From Bacteroidota bacterium (GTDB lineage: Bacteria > Bacteroidota > Ignavibacteria > UBA10030 > UBA8401), in the NCBI GenBank assembly GCA_030679145.1, contig JAUXTU010000057.1:1220-65219 (forward strand): DNA of 64,000 bases, given 5' to 3'. Shown here piece after piece: positions 8,520-21,225 of the stretch. How positions within the stretch are numbered: position 1 is the first letter of the stretch; every line of letters begins with the position of its first letter. The notes beneath the pieces were generated by a model that did no database searches, was not told where the DNA came from, and worked only from the letters and a program-made list of their open reading frames with translations. Made by a program: the position numbers and the translations under genes.

Positions 8520-9881
8520 ATGAAAAAAAAGATCTTGGTTGTTGATGATGAAGAGATCATCCGTGACTCAATAAGTTTTGTTCTTGAAAAGGAAGGATAC
8601 ACTGTCCGTAAAGCAGAGAATGGAGCAGTTGCATTAAAGATATTGAACGAAGGTTTATTCGATCTGGTAATCACCGATATTGAAATGCCGGAGCTTCGCG
8701 GACCTGAACTATTGGAAAGAATATCCGAACGTTTTCCGCAAACTTTTGTCATCATCATCACTGCATATGCATCAGTTGAAACTGCAGTTGCCGCAATACG
8801 CAAAGGAGCGTACGATTATCTCCTTAAGCCGATCGAATTCGATGATCTTATTTTTCGTATAAAAAAATTATTCGATTATAAAGAACTTGTCCTTGAAAAT
8901 ACGCTGCTTCGTCAGGAAGTGAACAGGAAATTCGATTTTTCATCCATTATCGGACAAAGCGAAGCAATGAAAAAGATCTTTTCTGATATTCAAAAGGTTG
9001 CACCGACAGAGGGCACAGTATTGATCACCGGAAAGAGTGGAACCGGAAAAGAACTTGTTGCACGCGCAATTCACACACACAGCCGCAGAAGTAATAAACG
9101 ATTTATTGCGATCAACTGTGGAGCAATTGTTGAGACATTGTTTGAAAGTGAATTGTTCGGTCATAAAAAAGGTTCGTTTACCGGTGCCACCAATGATAAA
9201 GATGGAGTTTTAAAGGCCGCTGAAGGTGGGACACTGTTATTGGATGAAATCAGCGAAATGCCTCTGCAGCTTCAGCCAAAATTGCTTCGCGCACTGGAAC
9301 AGCGTGAAATTACTCCGGTTGGAAGTAACGACGTGATCAACGTTAATGTTCGAATTGTCGCTGCAACAAATCGAAATTTAAAGGAAGAAATTGCAAAGGG
9401 GAAATTTCGCGAAGATCTGTTCTATCGTTTAAATGTTGTTGAGATTCATCTTCCGGAATTAAGTGAGCGTTCCGAAGATATTCCATTGCTGGTGAATTCA
9501 TTTATCACGAAATTCCGCGGAGAAATGGGAAAACCGATCAAAGGTATATCCAATCAGGCAATGAGTGCGTTGGTCAATCATCAATGGAAAGGGCAGATTC
9601 GGGAACTGCAAAATATTGTAGAACGTGCGATGATCTTCTGTGAAGCAGAGATGATTGATGTGCAGCATCTGCCGGAAGAGTTACAAGCAAGTGCGCAACT
9701 TTCTGTGATAGATTATTCTTCACAATCATTGAAAGACGCAGTACATATGTTCGAACGTCGTTATATTGAACAAAAGTTAAAACATCACAATGGTGATAAG
9801 GATAAAGTGGCTAAAGATCTTGGGCTTAGCTTGTCAACATTGTATCGAAAATTTGAGGAGCTAGGGATTCCTCTTAAATAA
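8520..9881 (+). CDS. Sigma54-dependent response regulator (NtrC/AtoC family)
   Basis: Receiver (VVDDE, DIEMP), GKSGTGKE, ESELFGH, GSFTGA, LDEISE, C-terminal Fis-type HTH. Confidence 0.93.
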   Translation: MKKKILVVDDEEIIRDSISFVLEKEGYTVRKAENGAVALKILNEGLFDLVITDIEMPELRGPELLERISERFPQTFVIIITAYASVETAVAAIRKGAYDYLLKPIEFDDLIFRIKKLFDYKELVLENTLLRQEVNRKFDFSSIIGQSEAMKKIFSDIQKVAPTEGTVLITGKSGTGKELVARAIHTHSRRSNKRFIAINCGAIVETLFESELFGHKKGSFTGATNDKDGVLKAAEGGTLLLDEISEMPLQLQPKLLRALEQREITPVGSNDVINVNVRIVAATNRNLKEEIAKGKFREDLFYRLNVVEIHLPELSERSEDIPLLVNSFITKFRGEMGKPIKGISNQAMSALVNHQWKGQIRELQNIVERAMIFCEAEMIDVQHLPEELQASAQLSVIDYSSQSLKDAVHMFERRYIEQKLKHHNGDKDKVAKDLGLSLSTLYRKFEELGIPLK

Positions 9882-9977
9882 TCACTACGTGTTTTCCCGA
9901 TGCAATCGGATAGTAATGGTTGCATTAAATATGTATTAAGTTAGAAATATTTAATCACTGCTTTTTAAGAGGTTAAA

Positions 9978-11816
<1,839 letters not shown>

Positions 11817-11828
11817 ATTTTACTGATG

Positions 11829-11852
11829 AATCCCGTTTCGGCGGGATTTTTT
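11829..11852 (+). terminator. Intrinsic terminator after pckG
   Basis: AATCCCG/CGGGATT stem followed by a T-run. Confidence 0.75.
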
Positions 11853-11998
11853 ATTCTCTCCCATGAATAAGAAACATTGTTCAGATTTCCCACCTTTGAA
11901 ATAAAAACCCCATAAATCTGCCGAAAACATCAACATTTTGGCTATTTCATACGGTACACTCTTTGCTTTTATTCTATTAAAGAGAGCGTGGAGGGCAT

Positions 11999-12808
11999 AT
12001 GAAACTGTCAATCCAACATCCGCTTCATTTTAGATTTAACAAAAAAACGAGTATTGCTACTATTGATGCTCCATACTCGGTGCAACAGTTTCACAAAGAG
12101 TTTAAACACTTGCTTGGCTTAAATCTTGAGCGAGGACTGTTAATTTCTGCTCTGGTTCATCTTGCGCTGGTTGGTACATACTATGGGGTTCAATATTACA
12201 AAGAGTTAGATGCTGATGTTCCGGTTGTAAAGATAAGGATATTGAAATACAGCGATCTTGGTCCGCCACCTTCGATCACAAATTCGATGATGGCACCTGT
12301 GATTGGTGTTGCACAAGTTAGCAAGCCGTCTGTAGGAACCCCGGTTCCAGTTCCTGATGCGGAGATCAATCCCGAACAGACAATTGCGACTCAAACAGAA
12401 ATGAGTCAAGTTTCAAGCGAAGTGTTGGACGAGGGTGGCAATGCCGCCGGTGAGTTTAGGATTGAAGATGATGTAAAAATAGAAAATGATGAGCCGGGGA
12501 TGAATGAGTTCACTCCTGTCGAAAAGTCTCCACAAATCGTGTATGCGGAAAAACCGAAATATCCTGATGTTGCAAGGCGTGCAAATATGGAAGGATATGT
12601 TTGGGTAAAAATCCTTGTAGATAAAACTGGAAAACCGAAAAAAGCGGTAGTGATAAAAGAAAGCGGCGGTGAATTGTTCAATGAAGCAGCGGTCAATGCA
12701 GCAATGAAATACCAATTTACGCCTGCAGTGATGAACACTGGACCGGTGACTGTGTGGGTTGCAATAAAATTCAATTTTCAATTGGTCGATAGAAATGGAA
12801 AAGAATAA
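11999..12808 (+). CDS. Energy transducer TonB family protein
   Basis: Single TM helix, Pro-rich linker, TonB C-domain (P.YP..ARRANMEG.V.V...VDKTG, AA..AAMKYQFTPA). Confidence 0.85.
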   Translation: MKLSIQHPLHFRFNKKTSIATIDAPYSVQQFHKEFKHLLGLNLERGLLISALVHLALVGTYYGVQYYKELDADVPVVKIRILKYSDLGPPPSITNSMMAPVIGVAQVSKPSVGTPVPVPDAEINPEQTIATQTEMSQVSSEVLDEGGNAAGEFRIEDDVKIENDEPGMNEFTPVEKSPQIVYAEKPKYPDVARRANMEGYVWVKILVDKTGKPKKAVVIKESGGELFNEAAVNAAMKYQFTPAVMNTGPVTVWVAIKFNFQLVDRNGKE

Positions 12809-13007
12809 TTGAGATAACACCATCAGGTAATTATTAAAAAACATCGCCACAGAGTGAATTTAAAAGATTTTATATAGATTACCGATAATTTGTTTTTCAT
12901 CAACCATTTATTGAAGAAGAATTGGTGTCGTTAAAAAAAATACTTCCAATGTCCATACAAACCATTTCAGGATAAGTTGATCTTCTTAAGGAAGGAATGG
13001 ACCAAAA

Positions 13008-14369
13008 ATGTTTTCATCAATTAATACCGAATTAGAACACTCAACATCATCTCTACAAATGTTAAATTCTTATGGGGTAGAACAAATCAGTATTGAAGAT
13101 GCGGCAGGAATGATTCGTTCCGGCGACAATGTTTATGTCGGCGGAAATGCTGCATCACCTCAAACGTTTTTAACTTTTCTTGCAAAAAGAAAAAATGAGC
13201 TAAGGAATGTGTCTGTTTTTCATATGTTATTAATGGGCAACGATCCATTTGGTGAGAATACTGAACGTGACCATCTTCGACATGTTTCATTCTTTGTTGG
13301 AAATGCAGTCAGAAAAGCAATACAATTTCATTCTGCAGATTATATACCAGTGTTTCTAAGTGAGATACCATCGCTTTTTTACAAAGATATTATCCCTATA
13401 GATATTGTTTATGTAATGGTCTCACCGCCAAATGAAGAAGGTTATGTCAGTCTTGGAGTTGATTGTACGGCTTCAAAAGCGGCAACTGAAAGGGGAAAAG
13501 TGGTCATTGCTCAGATTAATCAAAATATGCCATTTGTTTATGGAGAAGCATTAATACCATTATCAAAATTGAATTATATCGTCGAACATTCAGAGTCCTT
13601 ATGCGAATTAGAAAAACCTGAGATTGGTGAAATAGAACAAAAGATCGCACAAATAATTTCGCCACTTATTGAAGATGGATCAACGCTACAACTTGGGATC
13701 GGCGGAATACCAAATGCAATTATGAGTGCTTTGGATGGTAAAAAAGATCTTGGCGTACATACGGAAATGTTCTCTGATGGATTGATGGAAATGATTCAAA
13801 AAGGAGTTATTACCAACAATAAGAAAACAGTTCATCATGGTCTTTCCATTGCAACATTTATTCTTGGTTCCAAAGCACTCTACGAATTTGTGCACCACAA
13901 CAAAAGGATAAAACTATTGCCGTCTGACGCTACAAATAATCCATTTTTGATTTCGCAAAACGATAAAATGATTTCTATAAATTCTGCAATTGAAGTCGAT
14001 CTAAGCGGGCAAGTATGTTCTGATTCAATCGGGACACAAATATATAGTGGATTTGGCGGACAGCTCGATTTTGTTCGAGGTGCTTCTGCCTCAAAAGGAG
14101 GAAAAGCAATTATAGCATTGCCTTCAATGACAAAGAATGGGAAATATTCTAGAATTGTTCCAACCTTGAAACAAGGGGCCGGAGTAGTTACTACGCGCGC
14201 TGACATACGTTACATTGCCACCGAATATGGGATTGTATCTCTGATGGGAAAGACATTACGCCAGCGCGCCGAAGCGCTTATTTCAATTTCACATCCTAAT
14301 TTTCGTAACGAATTAGAGGAGTGGTTTCGAATTTCCAATCAATCACATCAATCAAAGGAAGAATTGTAA
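13008..14369 (+). CDS. Acetyl-CoA hydrolase/transferase (4-hydroxybutyrate CoA-transferase-like)
   Basis: LQLGIGGIP, LGVHTEM, INSAIEVDLSGQVCSDSIG, SGFGGQLDFVRGA, IATEYG; start codon may be further downstream. Confidence 0.9.
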   Translation: MFSSINTELEHSTSSLQMLNSYGVEQISIEDAAGMIRSGDNVYVGGNAASPQTFLTFLAKRKNELRNVSVFHMLLMGNDPFGENTERDHLRHVSFFVGNAVRKAIQFHSADYIPVFLSEIPSLFYKDIIPIDIVYVMVSPPNEEGYVSLGVDCTASKAATERGKVVIAQINQNMPFVYGEALIPLSKLNYIVEHSESLCELEKPEIGEIEQKIAQIISPLIEDGSTLQLGIGGIPNAIMSALDGKKDLGVHTEMFSDGLMEMIQKGVITNNKKTVHHGLSIATFILGSKALYEFVHHNKRIKLLPSDATNNPFLISQNDKMISINSAIEVDLSGQVCSDSIGTQIYSGFGGQLDFVRGASASKGGKAIIALPSMTKNGKYSRIVPTLKQGAGVVTTRADIRYIATEYGIVSLMGKTLRQRAEALISISHPNFRNELEEWFRISNQSHQSKEEL

Positions 14370-14599
14370 TGTCAGTTGTTGAACAAAAACTTAACGTGTT
14401 GATTGAAGAGCAGAAAGCGATCGAAGTTCTGTCATATGAAGTAGAAAAAGTTCTTTATTATTATGAAGAACATCCGCAATATCCTTTGGATTATAAAAAA
14501 CTCCGTGAGCGTATTCAAGAAGTAAATATACGTTTATCAAAGTTACGCGAGCAAATGCAGCAGCTCGATGTACACCAAAAGAAAGAGTTTTCTAAGTAG
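14369..14599 (+). CDS. Small helical/coiled-coil hypothetical protein
   Basis: ATG at 14369 overlaps the upstream stop (TAATG); 76 aa; sits between two co-oriented genes. Confidence 0.6.
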   Translation: MSVVEQKLNVLIEEQKAIEVLSYEVEKVLYYYEEHPQYPLDYKKLRERIQEVNIRLSKLREQMQQLDVHQKKEFSK

Positions 14600-14607
14600 A
14601 GGAGTTT

Positions 14608-15108
14608 ATGATAGAGGTTAAAAAAATTCTTGTAACAACCGATTTATCAACGGCATCCCACTCTGCAATTGAATATGCAGCATGGCTGTCGAGAAAAGAA
14701 AATGCATCCGTAACATTATTCTATAGTGTTGACAATCTTCCGACAGTTGCATATCATACAGTTGATCTGACGTTCGATAAATTTAGAAATGAAATTTTGC
14801 AACACGAAGTTCAAAGGCTGCAGGATTATGCACAAAAAATAGAATGTTCTTTTCCTAAGAAATTGAATGTTATTATGACCGTAGGAAATGCCGCCCAGAT
14901 GATTGTTCAACAAGCGAAAGAAGAAAAATTCGATATTATTGTTATGAACACTCACGGACGAACCGGCATTCAGCATATACTTCTTGGAAGTGTTGCCGAA
15001 CGAGTTGTTCGAACTGCTGAATGTCCTGTTTTGACAGTCAAATCCGTTTTTCCCGAAAAAGTATCAAAAGCAAAAAGTTTAAAGAAAAAAAATCTCTCCA
15101 AAAAATAA
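14608..15108 (+). CDS. Universal stress protein (UspA family)
   Basis: KILVTTDLS, DIIVMNTHGRTG...LLGSVAERVVR.A.CPVLTV; Lys-rich tail. Confidence 0.92.
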   Translation: MIEVKKILVTTDLSTASHSAIEYAAWLSRKENASVTLFYSVDNLPTVAYHTVDLTFDKFRNEILQHEVQRLQDYAQKIECSFPKKLNVIMTVGNAAQMIVQQAKEEKFDIIVMNTHGRTGIQHILLGSVAERVVRTAECPVLTVKSVFPEKVSKAKSLKKKNLSKK

Positions 15109-15401
15109 TCAATCCCCGCATTTCTTCTAGAATTGTATAGAAATATATATTATGTACTATTTTTCCAATAAATTCTTACAGATATAATAAAACCAGTTTC
15201 GCCAGCCATAAACTTCTAAAAACTTACTGTATTTCTCTCAGTTTCATACATTTCTGATCTATAGATTACAAAAATTATGTAAATGACCAGTAATCACACT
15301 GTTTTTCACTTTCAAGCAGTCTTGTAATACTTCCATTCATTTTATTGAAGTTTATTGTTTTTAGCGTGATAATGATTTATATTTCTACTTATTCTTGAAC
15401 T

Positions 15402-16100
15402 ATGGTCGCTGAAAACATTCAAAATATTAAGGAAAACATAGAAAAAACCTGTCTTAGTATTGGAAGAGAATCTGCAAAAGTAAAATTGATAGCGGTCAGC
15501 AAGACATTTCCGGCTGAAAAAATCTCTGAAGCATTAGTGTCTGGAACGATCGATTTTGGTGAAAATTACGTTCAAGAATTGGTCGATAAACGAAATTTGT
15601 TGTTGGCAAAGAATATCCGATGGCATTTTATTGGTCATTTACAATCAAACAAAGTAAAATACATTGCAGACTGGGTTTATTTGATCCATTCAGTTGATAG
15701 TGAAAGTTTGGCAGAAGAAATTCAAAAGCGTGCAGAGAAAGCAAACAGAATAATCGATATTTTGGTGGAAGTAAATACATCTGAAGAAGCAACAAAATTT
15801 GGGGTGAAACCTGCAAAGGCCATTGAATTATTAAAAAATGTAAGCCAATTTCGTAATATCAATCTCAAAGGGCTGATGACGATTGGTCCATTTACAGAAG
15901 ATAAAAATGCGTCACGCGAATCATTTCGATTGTTAAAATCAATCTTTAATGAAGCGAATAATACTATACTTACAAAAAAACCAATGGACGAACTTTCAAT
16001 GGGAATGACCCATGATTATAAAATTGCCATTGCTGAAGGCTCGACGATGGTGAGAATTGGAACTGCAATTTTTGGTTCACGAATAACCAACATTAATTAA
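15402..16100 (+). CDS. yggS: PLP homeostasis protein YggS
   Basis: LIAVSKT, FGENYVQE, WHFIGHLQSNK, GLMTIG, LSMGMT.DY..AI.EGSTMVRIGTAIFG. Confidence 0.95.
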   Translation: MVAENIQNIKENIEKTCLSIGRESAKVKLIAVSKTFPAEKISEALVSGTIDFGENYVQELVDKRNLLLAKNIRWHFIGHLQSNKVKYIADWVYLIHSVDSESLAEEIQKRAEKANRIIDILVEVNTSEEATKFGVKPAKAIELLKNVSQFRNINLKGLMTIGPFTEDKNASRESFRLLKSIFNEANNTILTKKPMDELSMGMTHDYKIAIAEGSTMVRIGTAIFGSRITNIN

Positions 16101-16112
16101 TTAGGAGGAAGC

Positions 16113-16640
16113 ATGAAACTCACTCCACTTGATATAAAAAAACAAGAATTCAAAAAAGTTCTTCGCGGGTACGATGCTGTGGAAGTCGATGCTTTTTTGG
16201 ATACACTTTCGGCAGAATTTGCTGATCTTCAAAAACAGATCAAAGAGATGAGGGAGCAGGCAATTGAAAGTGAAGTACAGCTTCGTGATTTCAAACAAAA
16301 AGAGCGGGATTTGCAGCAAGTATTGATGCAGGCGCAGGAAAACAGCTCACGGACAATAGAGAATGCGCGAAAAGAAGGGGAACTGATCATTCAGGAATCT
16401 GAATTGAAAGCAAGCCAGATTCTTGATCATGCCCGGATGGAAATAATGCGCGCAAAAGAAGAAGTGACAAATCTGCGTGCAAAAAAAGAAGCTCTTATCA
16501 GCAGACTGAAAGTTCTTTTGAATTCTGAAGTTGAACTGATCAAAGCGCTTGAAGCTGATGAAGAAATGACGAGACGAGATCAAAGCCAAGGTACCGGCAG
16601 AGAACAATTTCAAATTGATGATGTATTAAAAAGATTGTAA
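16113..16640 (+). CDS. DivIVA domain-containing protein
   Basis: [25 protein letters not shown] followed by a coiled coil. Confidence 0.9.
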   Translation: MKLTPLDIKKQEFKKVLRGYDAVEVDAFLDTLSAEFADLQKQIKEMREQAIESEVQLRDFKQKERDLQQVLMQAQENSSRTIENARKEGELIIQESELKASQILDHARMEIMRAKEEVTNLRAKKEALISRLKVLLNSEVELIKALEADEEMTRRDQSQGTGREQFQIDDVLKRL

Positions 16641-17461
16641 TGTCAACAATACGAGAACAAATACAAGAAGCGTTAAAATTTATTCGTACAAAGAATCAAT
16701 CTAACCCAACAGTTGGAATAATTCTGGGAACAGGACTTGGCGGATTGGTTAAAGAGATCAAGATCGAAACAATCATTGATTATTCCGATATACCGCATTT
16801 TCCTGTCTCCACAGTGGAATCGCATAAAGGGAAGTTAATATTTGGAACTCTTGGCGGAAAAAATATCGTAGCTATGCAAGGACGTTTTCATTACTACGAA
16901 GGATACACGATGCAGCAAGTGACGTTTTCCGTTCGTGTAATGAAATTTCTTGGAGTGAAAACATTGCTGATATCAAATGCAGCGGGTGGCATGAATCCGT
17001 TATTCTCCAAAGGTGACATTATGCTTATTGCAGATCATATCAATCTGCTTGGTGATAATCCATTGATCGGGCATAACGATGATGAACTTGGACCTCGGTT
17101 TCCTGATATGTCTGAACCATATTCAAGAGATTTGATTGCATTAGCTGAAAAAACTGCTCTTGATCTTAAAATACGCTTGCAAAAAGGGGTTTTTGTTGCA
17201 GTTTCAGGTCCGAATTTAGAAACGCGCGCGGAGTATCGTTTTTTACGAGGTATTGGTGCAGACGTCGTTGGAATGTCGACAGTTCCCGAAGTGATAGTCG
17301 CCGTGCATCAATCCATGCAAGTGCTTGGATTTTCAATTATGACCGATGAATGTTTTCCTGATGCATTAAAACCGGTTTCATTACAAGAAGTGATTGCGGT
17401 AGCAAATGAAGCAGAACCAAAATTAACAGCAATTATGAAAGAAGTGGTAGCGAGATTATAG
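16640..17461 (+). CDS. punA: Purine-nucleoside phosphorylase (trimeric type)
   Basis: [46 protein letters not shown]. Confidence 0.93.
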   Translation: MSTIREQIQEALKFIRTKNQSNPTVGIILGTGLGGLVKEIKIETIIDYSDIPHFPVSTVESHKGKLIFGTLGGKNIVAMQGRFHYYEGYTMQQVTFSVRVMKFLGVKTLLISNAAGGMNPLFSKGDIMLIADHINLLGDNPLIGHNDDELGPRFPDMSEPYSRDLIALAEKTALDLKIRLQKGVFVAVSGPNLETRAEYRFLRGIGADVVGMSTVPEVIVAVHQSMQVLGFSIMTDECFPDALKPVSLQEVIAVANEAEPKLTAIMKEVVARL

Positions 17462-20400
17462 ATGTTCAAAGAACTTACTGATAAGATAAATTATTCCGAA
17501 GTTGAAGAAGAAATTTTAAAATTTTGGGAAGAAAATAAAATTTTTGAAGAATCCGTCTCATCACGAAATGGAAAACCTCTGTACACCTTTTATGAAGGAC
17601 CGCCTACAGCAAATGGACGTCCCGGAATTCACCATGTTATGGCAAGAACGTTGAAAGATGCCTTTTGCCGTTACAAAACAATGAGTGGATTTCAGGTGCA
17701 TCGAAAAGCTGGGTGGGATACTCATGGATTACCAGTTGAGATCGAAGTAGAAAAACAGATTGGCATTAAACACAAAGATGAAATTATTGAATATGGTGTT
17801 GAAAAATTCAATAAGGCGTGCCGTGAATCTGTTTGGAAATATAAGGTTGATTGGGAAACAATGACGCGTGAGATGGGATATTGGGTTGATCTCAATGATC
17901 CTTACGTAACATTTCATAACAATTATATCGAATCGATCTGGTGGGCGTTAAAAAAATATTACAGCAAAGATATGATCTATCGCGGATACAAGATTCAACC
18001 GTATTGTCCGCGATGTGAAACCCCACTTTCATCACACGAAGTAGCGCTTGGATATAAAGATGTAAAAGATCCGAGCGTGTACATTAAAATGAAATTGAAA
18101 GATGAGGTCAACACCCATTTTCTTGTGTGGACGACAACACCGTGGACATTGATTTCGAACGTTGCACTTGCTGTTCATCCTACGATAGATTATGTGAAAG
18201 TGGAACTGTTGACGAGCGAGGGAGAAGAAACAAAACCGACCGGTGAATTTCTAATTCTTGCAAAAGCACGTCTGGAAATATTGAAAGAAAAATATTCGAT
18301 CGTTTCTGAATTTAAAGGGAAAGATCTGCTCGGAAAAGAATACGAACGTCTTTTCAATTACCACGAAGTGAAAGAAAAAGGGTGGTACGTTGTCGAGGCA
18401 GATTTCGTTACGACCGATGATGGTTCCGGAATTGTTCACATGGCGCCTGCATATGGTGAAGACGATTATCAGATCTGTCGAAAATTTAATTTACCGACAA
18501 TTCATCCCGTTAATAAATCCGGTGAGTTTGAAGATGCAGTAACAGATTTTAAAGGAAAATTTGTAAAGGATGCTGATGCTGACATCATTCAGAATTTAAA
18601 AGCACGAAACATTCTGTATAGAAAAGAAGCATATCTTCACAGCTATCCGCATTGCTGGCGTTGTTCTTCACCTCTGTTATATTATGCGCGTGACTCTTGG
18701 TATATCCGTACAACGGCATATTCGCAACGGATGATTGAATTGAACAAACAGATCAACTGGATCCCGAAAGAAGTAGGTGAAGGGCGATTTGGTAACTGGC
18801 TTGAAGAAAATAAAGATTGGGCTTTATCGCGCGACAGATATTGGGGAACACCACTTCCAATTTGGGTTTCAGATGACATGAAAGAAATGAAATGCGTCGG
18901 AAGTTTTGAAGAATTGATCGGCGCAGAGTGGCTTGATGAAAACGGAATCCCAACCGGAAAATTCTTCGGTAAAGAAGATTTGAAGACATTGGATCCGCAT
19001 AAACCGACTGTTGATAAACTTGCGTTTAAGACTGTAAACGGAAAGTATCTGAAACGGACTCCGGAATTGATCGATGTTTGGTTCGATTCCGGTGCGATGC
19101 CGTTCGCTCAGTGGCATTATCCGTTTGAGAACAAAGAGATTTTCGACAGCGCATATCCTGCTGATTTTATTTCAGAGGGTATTGATCAAACTCGAGGATG
19201 GTTCTATACATTGCACTCCATCGGAACATTTTTATTCGATAAACCCGCGTATAAGAATGTGCTGGTCAATGAATTGATCCTTGATAAGACTGGACAAAAA
19301 ATGTCCAAAACAAAGGGAAACACTGTTGATCCGTTTACTCTTATCTCGAAATATGGAGCAGATGCAACACGTTGGTATTTGGTATCGCAATCTCCTGTGT
19401 GGCGCACAACATTGTTTGATGAAGATGGAATTGGAGAAGTTCAGAGAAAATTTTTCAGCACATTGGTAAATACATATTCATTCTTTGCATTGTATGCTAA
19501 CATTGATGCATTTGATTTTAGTGAACCTGTCATTCCGATTGCAGAACGATCTGAAATTGATCGCTGGATTATTTCATCTTTGAATACACTCGTTAAAGAG
19601 TATAAACAGTATATGAACGAGTATGATCTGACAAAAGCATCACGTGCAATTACTGATTTTACACTCGATAATCTTTCCAATTGGTATGTTCGTCGAAATC
19701 GTCGTCGTTTTTGGAAAAGCGAAAAAGGAAAAGATAAAACAGCAGCATATCAAACACTCTATGAGTGTCTTGATGCAATTGTAAAAATGGCTGCACCAAT
19801 TGCACCATTTTTGGCAGATGAGATGTTCCGCAACCTGAACACTGCAACGAAGAAAGAAAAATTTTCTTCAGTTCATTTGGCAATGCTGCCCGAAGTAAAT
19901 GAATCAGCAATTGACCCTTCTCTTGAAACGAGAATGGATCGTGCAATAAGAATCGTTGGGCTTGTTCGCGCTATGCGTATGAAATCGAATTTAAAAGTCC
20001 GTCAGCCGCTGAAAAAAATCCTTATTCCTGTAAAGGACCAGACAGAATATCTTTTGTTAAAATCAATTGAAGGAATTATTCTCGATGAAGTTAATGTAAA
20101 AGAAGTGGATGCAAAGATCGATCAGGATATTATTAAATACAAGATTAAGGCAAATTTTAGAGTATTAGGTCAAAAATATGGAAAATTCACGGCGAAAGTA
20201 GCAGAGGGAATTAAACAATTCACGCCAATTCAAATCACCAAGATCAATACCGAAGGGAGAATTGAAATTGTCGTAGAAGAAAAACCTGTTATCATTGTGT
20301 TGGAAGATGTGGAGATCATTGCCGAAGAGATCAAGGGCTGGATGGTTGAATCCGATGGCAAGATCACCGTGGCGTTAGATACAGAGATCACGCCTGAACT

Positions 20401-20662
20401 TCGCATTGAAGGATTCGCCCGAGAATTTGTCAGTCGAATACAAAATCTTCGGAAAGATTCCGGTTTAGAAGTTACGGATAGAATCTCGATCGCATATAGC
20501 TGCGGAGATCAACTTGCAGAAGCACTCTATAAATCTACAGAGTACATCAAAAATGAAACGTTGTCAGTTGAATTGACACGAAAGAATCTTAATGGTAATG
20601 CTGTTAAAGAAGATATTAACGGCGAACAATGCGAGATCAGTATCACCAAAGTGTTGAACTAA
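17462..20662 (+). CDS. ileS: Isoleucine--tRNA ligase (IleRS2 type)
   Basis: YEGPPTANG.PGIHH, GWDTHGLPVE, WTTTPWTL, DWALSRDRYWGTPLP, EGIDQTRGWFY, KMSKT. Confidence 0.97.
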   Translation: MFKELTDKINYSEVEEEILKFWEENKIFEESVSSRNGKPLYTFYEGPPTANGRPGIHHVMARTLKDAFCRYKTMSGFQVHRKAGWDTHGLPVEIEVEKQIGIKHKDEIIEYGVEKFNKACRESVWKYKVDWETMTREMGYWVDLNDPYVTFHNNYIESIWWALKKYYSKDMIYRGYKIQPYCPRCETPLSSHEVALGYKDVKDPSVYIKMKLKDEVNTHFLVWTTTPWTLISNVALAVHPTIDYVKVELLTSEGEETKPTGEFLILAKARLEILKEKYSIVSEFKGKDLLGKEYERLFNYHEVKEKGWYVVEADFVTTDDGSGIVHMAPAYGEDDYQICRKFNLPTIHPVNKSGEFEDAVTDFKGKFVKDADADIIQNLKARNILYRKEAYLHSYPHCWRCSSPLLYYARDSWYIRTTAYSQRMIELNKQINWIPKEVGEGRFGNWLEENKDWALSRDRYWGTPLPIWVSDDMKEMKCVGSFEELIGAEWLDENGIPTGKFFGKEDLKTLDPHKPTVDKLAFKTVNGKYLKRTPELIDVWFDSGAMPFAQWHYPFENKEIFDSAYPADFISEGIDQTRGWFYTLHSIGTFLFDKPAYKNVLVNELILDKTGQKMSKTKGNTVDPFTLISKYGADATRWYLVSQSPVWRTTLFDEDGIGEVQRKFFSTLVNTYSFFALYANIDAFDFSEPVIPIAERSEIDRWIISSLNTLVKEYKQYMNEYDLTKASRAITDFTLDNLSNWYVRRNRRRFWKSEKGKDKTAAYQTLYECLDAIVKMAAPIAPFLADEMFRNLNTATKKEKFSSVHLAMLPEVNESAIDPSLETRMDRAIRIVGLVRAMRMKSNLKVRQPLKKILIPVKDQTEYLLLKSIEGIILDEVNVKEVDAKIDQDIIKYKIKANFRVLGQKYGKFTAKVAEGIKQFTPIQITKINTEGRIEIVVEEKPVIIVLEDVEIIAEEIKGWMVESDGKITVALDTEITPELRIEGFAREFVSRIQNLRKDSGLEVTDRISIAYSCGDQLAEALYKSTEYIKNETLSVELTRKNLNGNAVKEDINGEQCEISITKVLN

Positions 20663-20689
20663 TTTATTGTCAATAATAAAAGGATTGCA

Positions 20690-21223
20690 ATGGCGAAAAA
20701 GACCGCAGTAAAAGCAAAATCCAAAACCAAAACAGTAAAAAAAGTGTCGCGCACAAAGGCATCTTCTGTCAAGACAAAAAAGGTTGCCGTTAAACTGGTA
20801 AAGAAAAAAGCGATCAAAGGGTATGGGGTAAGGGATCTTGAATTTTTTAAGAAGCTCATTCTTGAAAAACGAAAAGAGATTCTTGAAGAATTGATGATCT
20901 TAAAAGAGAGCATGATGGATGTTACCACCGGTGAATATGCGAGTGAAAATTCCACCTATTCAACCCACATGGAACAAGGAACCGATGCCATGGAGCGTGA
21001 GAAAACATTCCTTTTTGCTTCTCGCGAAGGAAAGTTCTTAAACTATCTTGACGATGCCCTGCGTCGAATTGAAAAAGGAACATACGGAATCTGTTTAGAC
21101 TGTATGGACACTCCAAAAGAACTTTGTAAAACGTGTCCGCTGATCCCGAAAGAACGTTTGGAAGCTGTTCCTCATGCTCAATTATGTGTGGAGTGCAAGA
21201 AGTTGAAGAAGGGGATGATGTAA
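20690..21223 (+). CDS. TraR/DksA C4-type zinc-finger protein with Lys-rich N-terminus
   Basis: GTDAMERE...L..ALRRIEKGTYGIC..C...IPKERLEAVPHAQLC..C. Confidence 0.85.
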   Translation: MAKKTAVKAKSKTKTVKKVSRTKASSVKTKKVAVKLVKKKAIKGYGVRDLEFFKKLILEKRKEILEELMILKESMMDVTTGEYASENSTYSTHMEQGTDAMEREKTFLFASREGKFLNYLDDALRRIEKGTYGICLDCMDTPKELCKTCPLIPKERLEAVPHAQLCVECKKLKKGMM

Positions 21224-21225
21224 TT

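Noticed and set aside
9882-9977. Sigma54 promoter for pckG next to the NtrC-type gene
   Set aside because: No GG-N10-GC at the correct spacing
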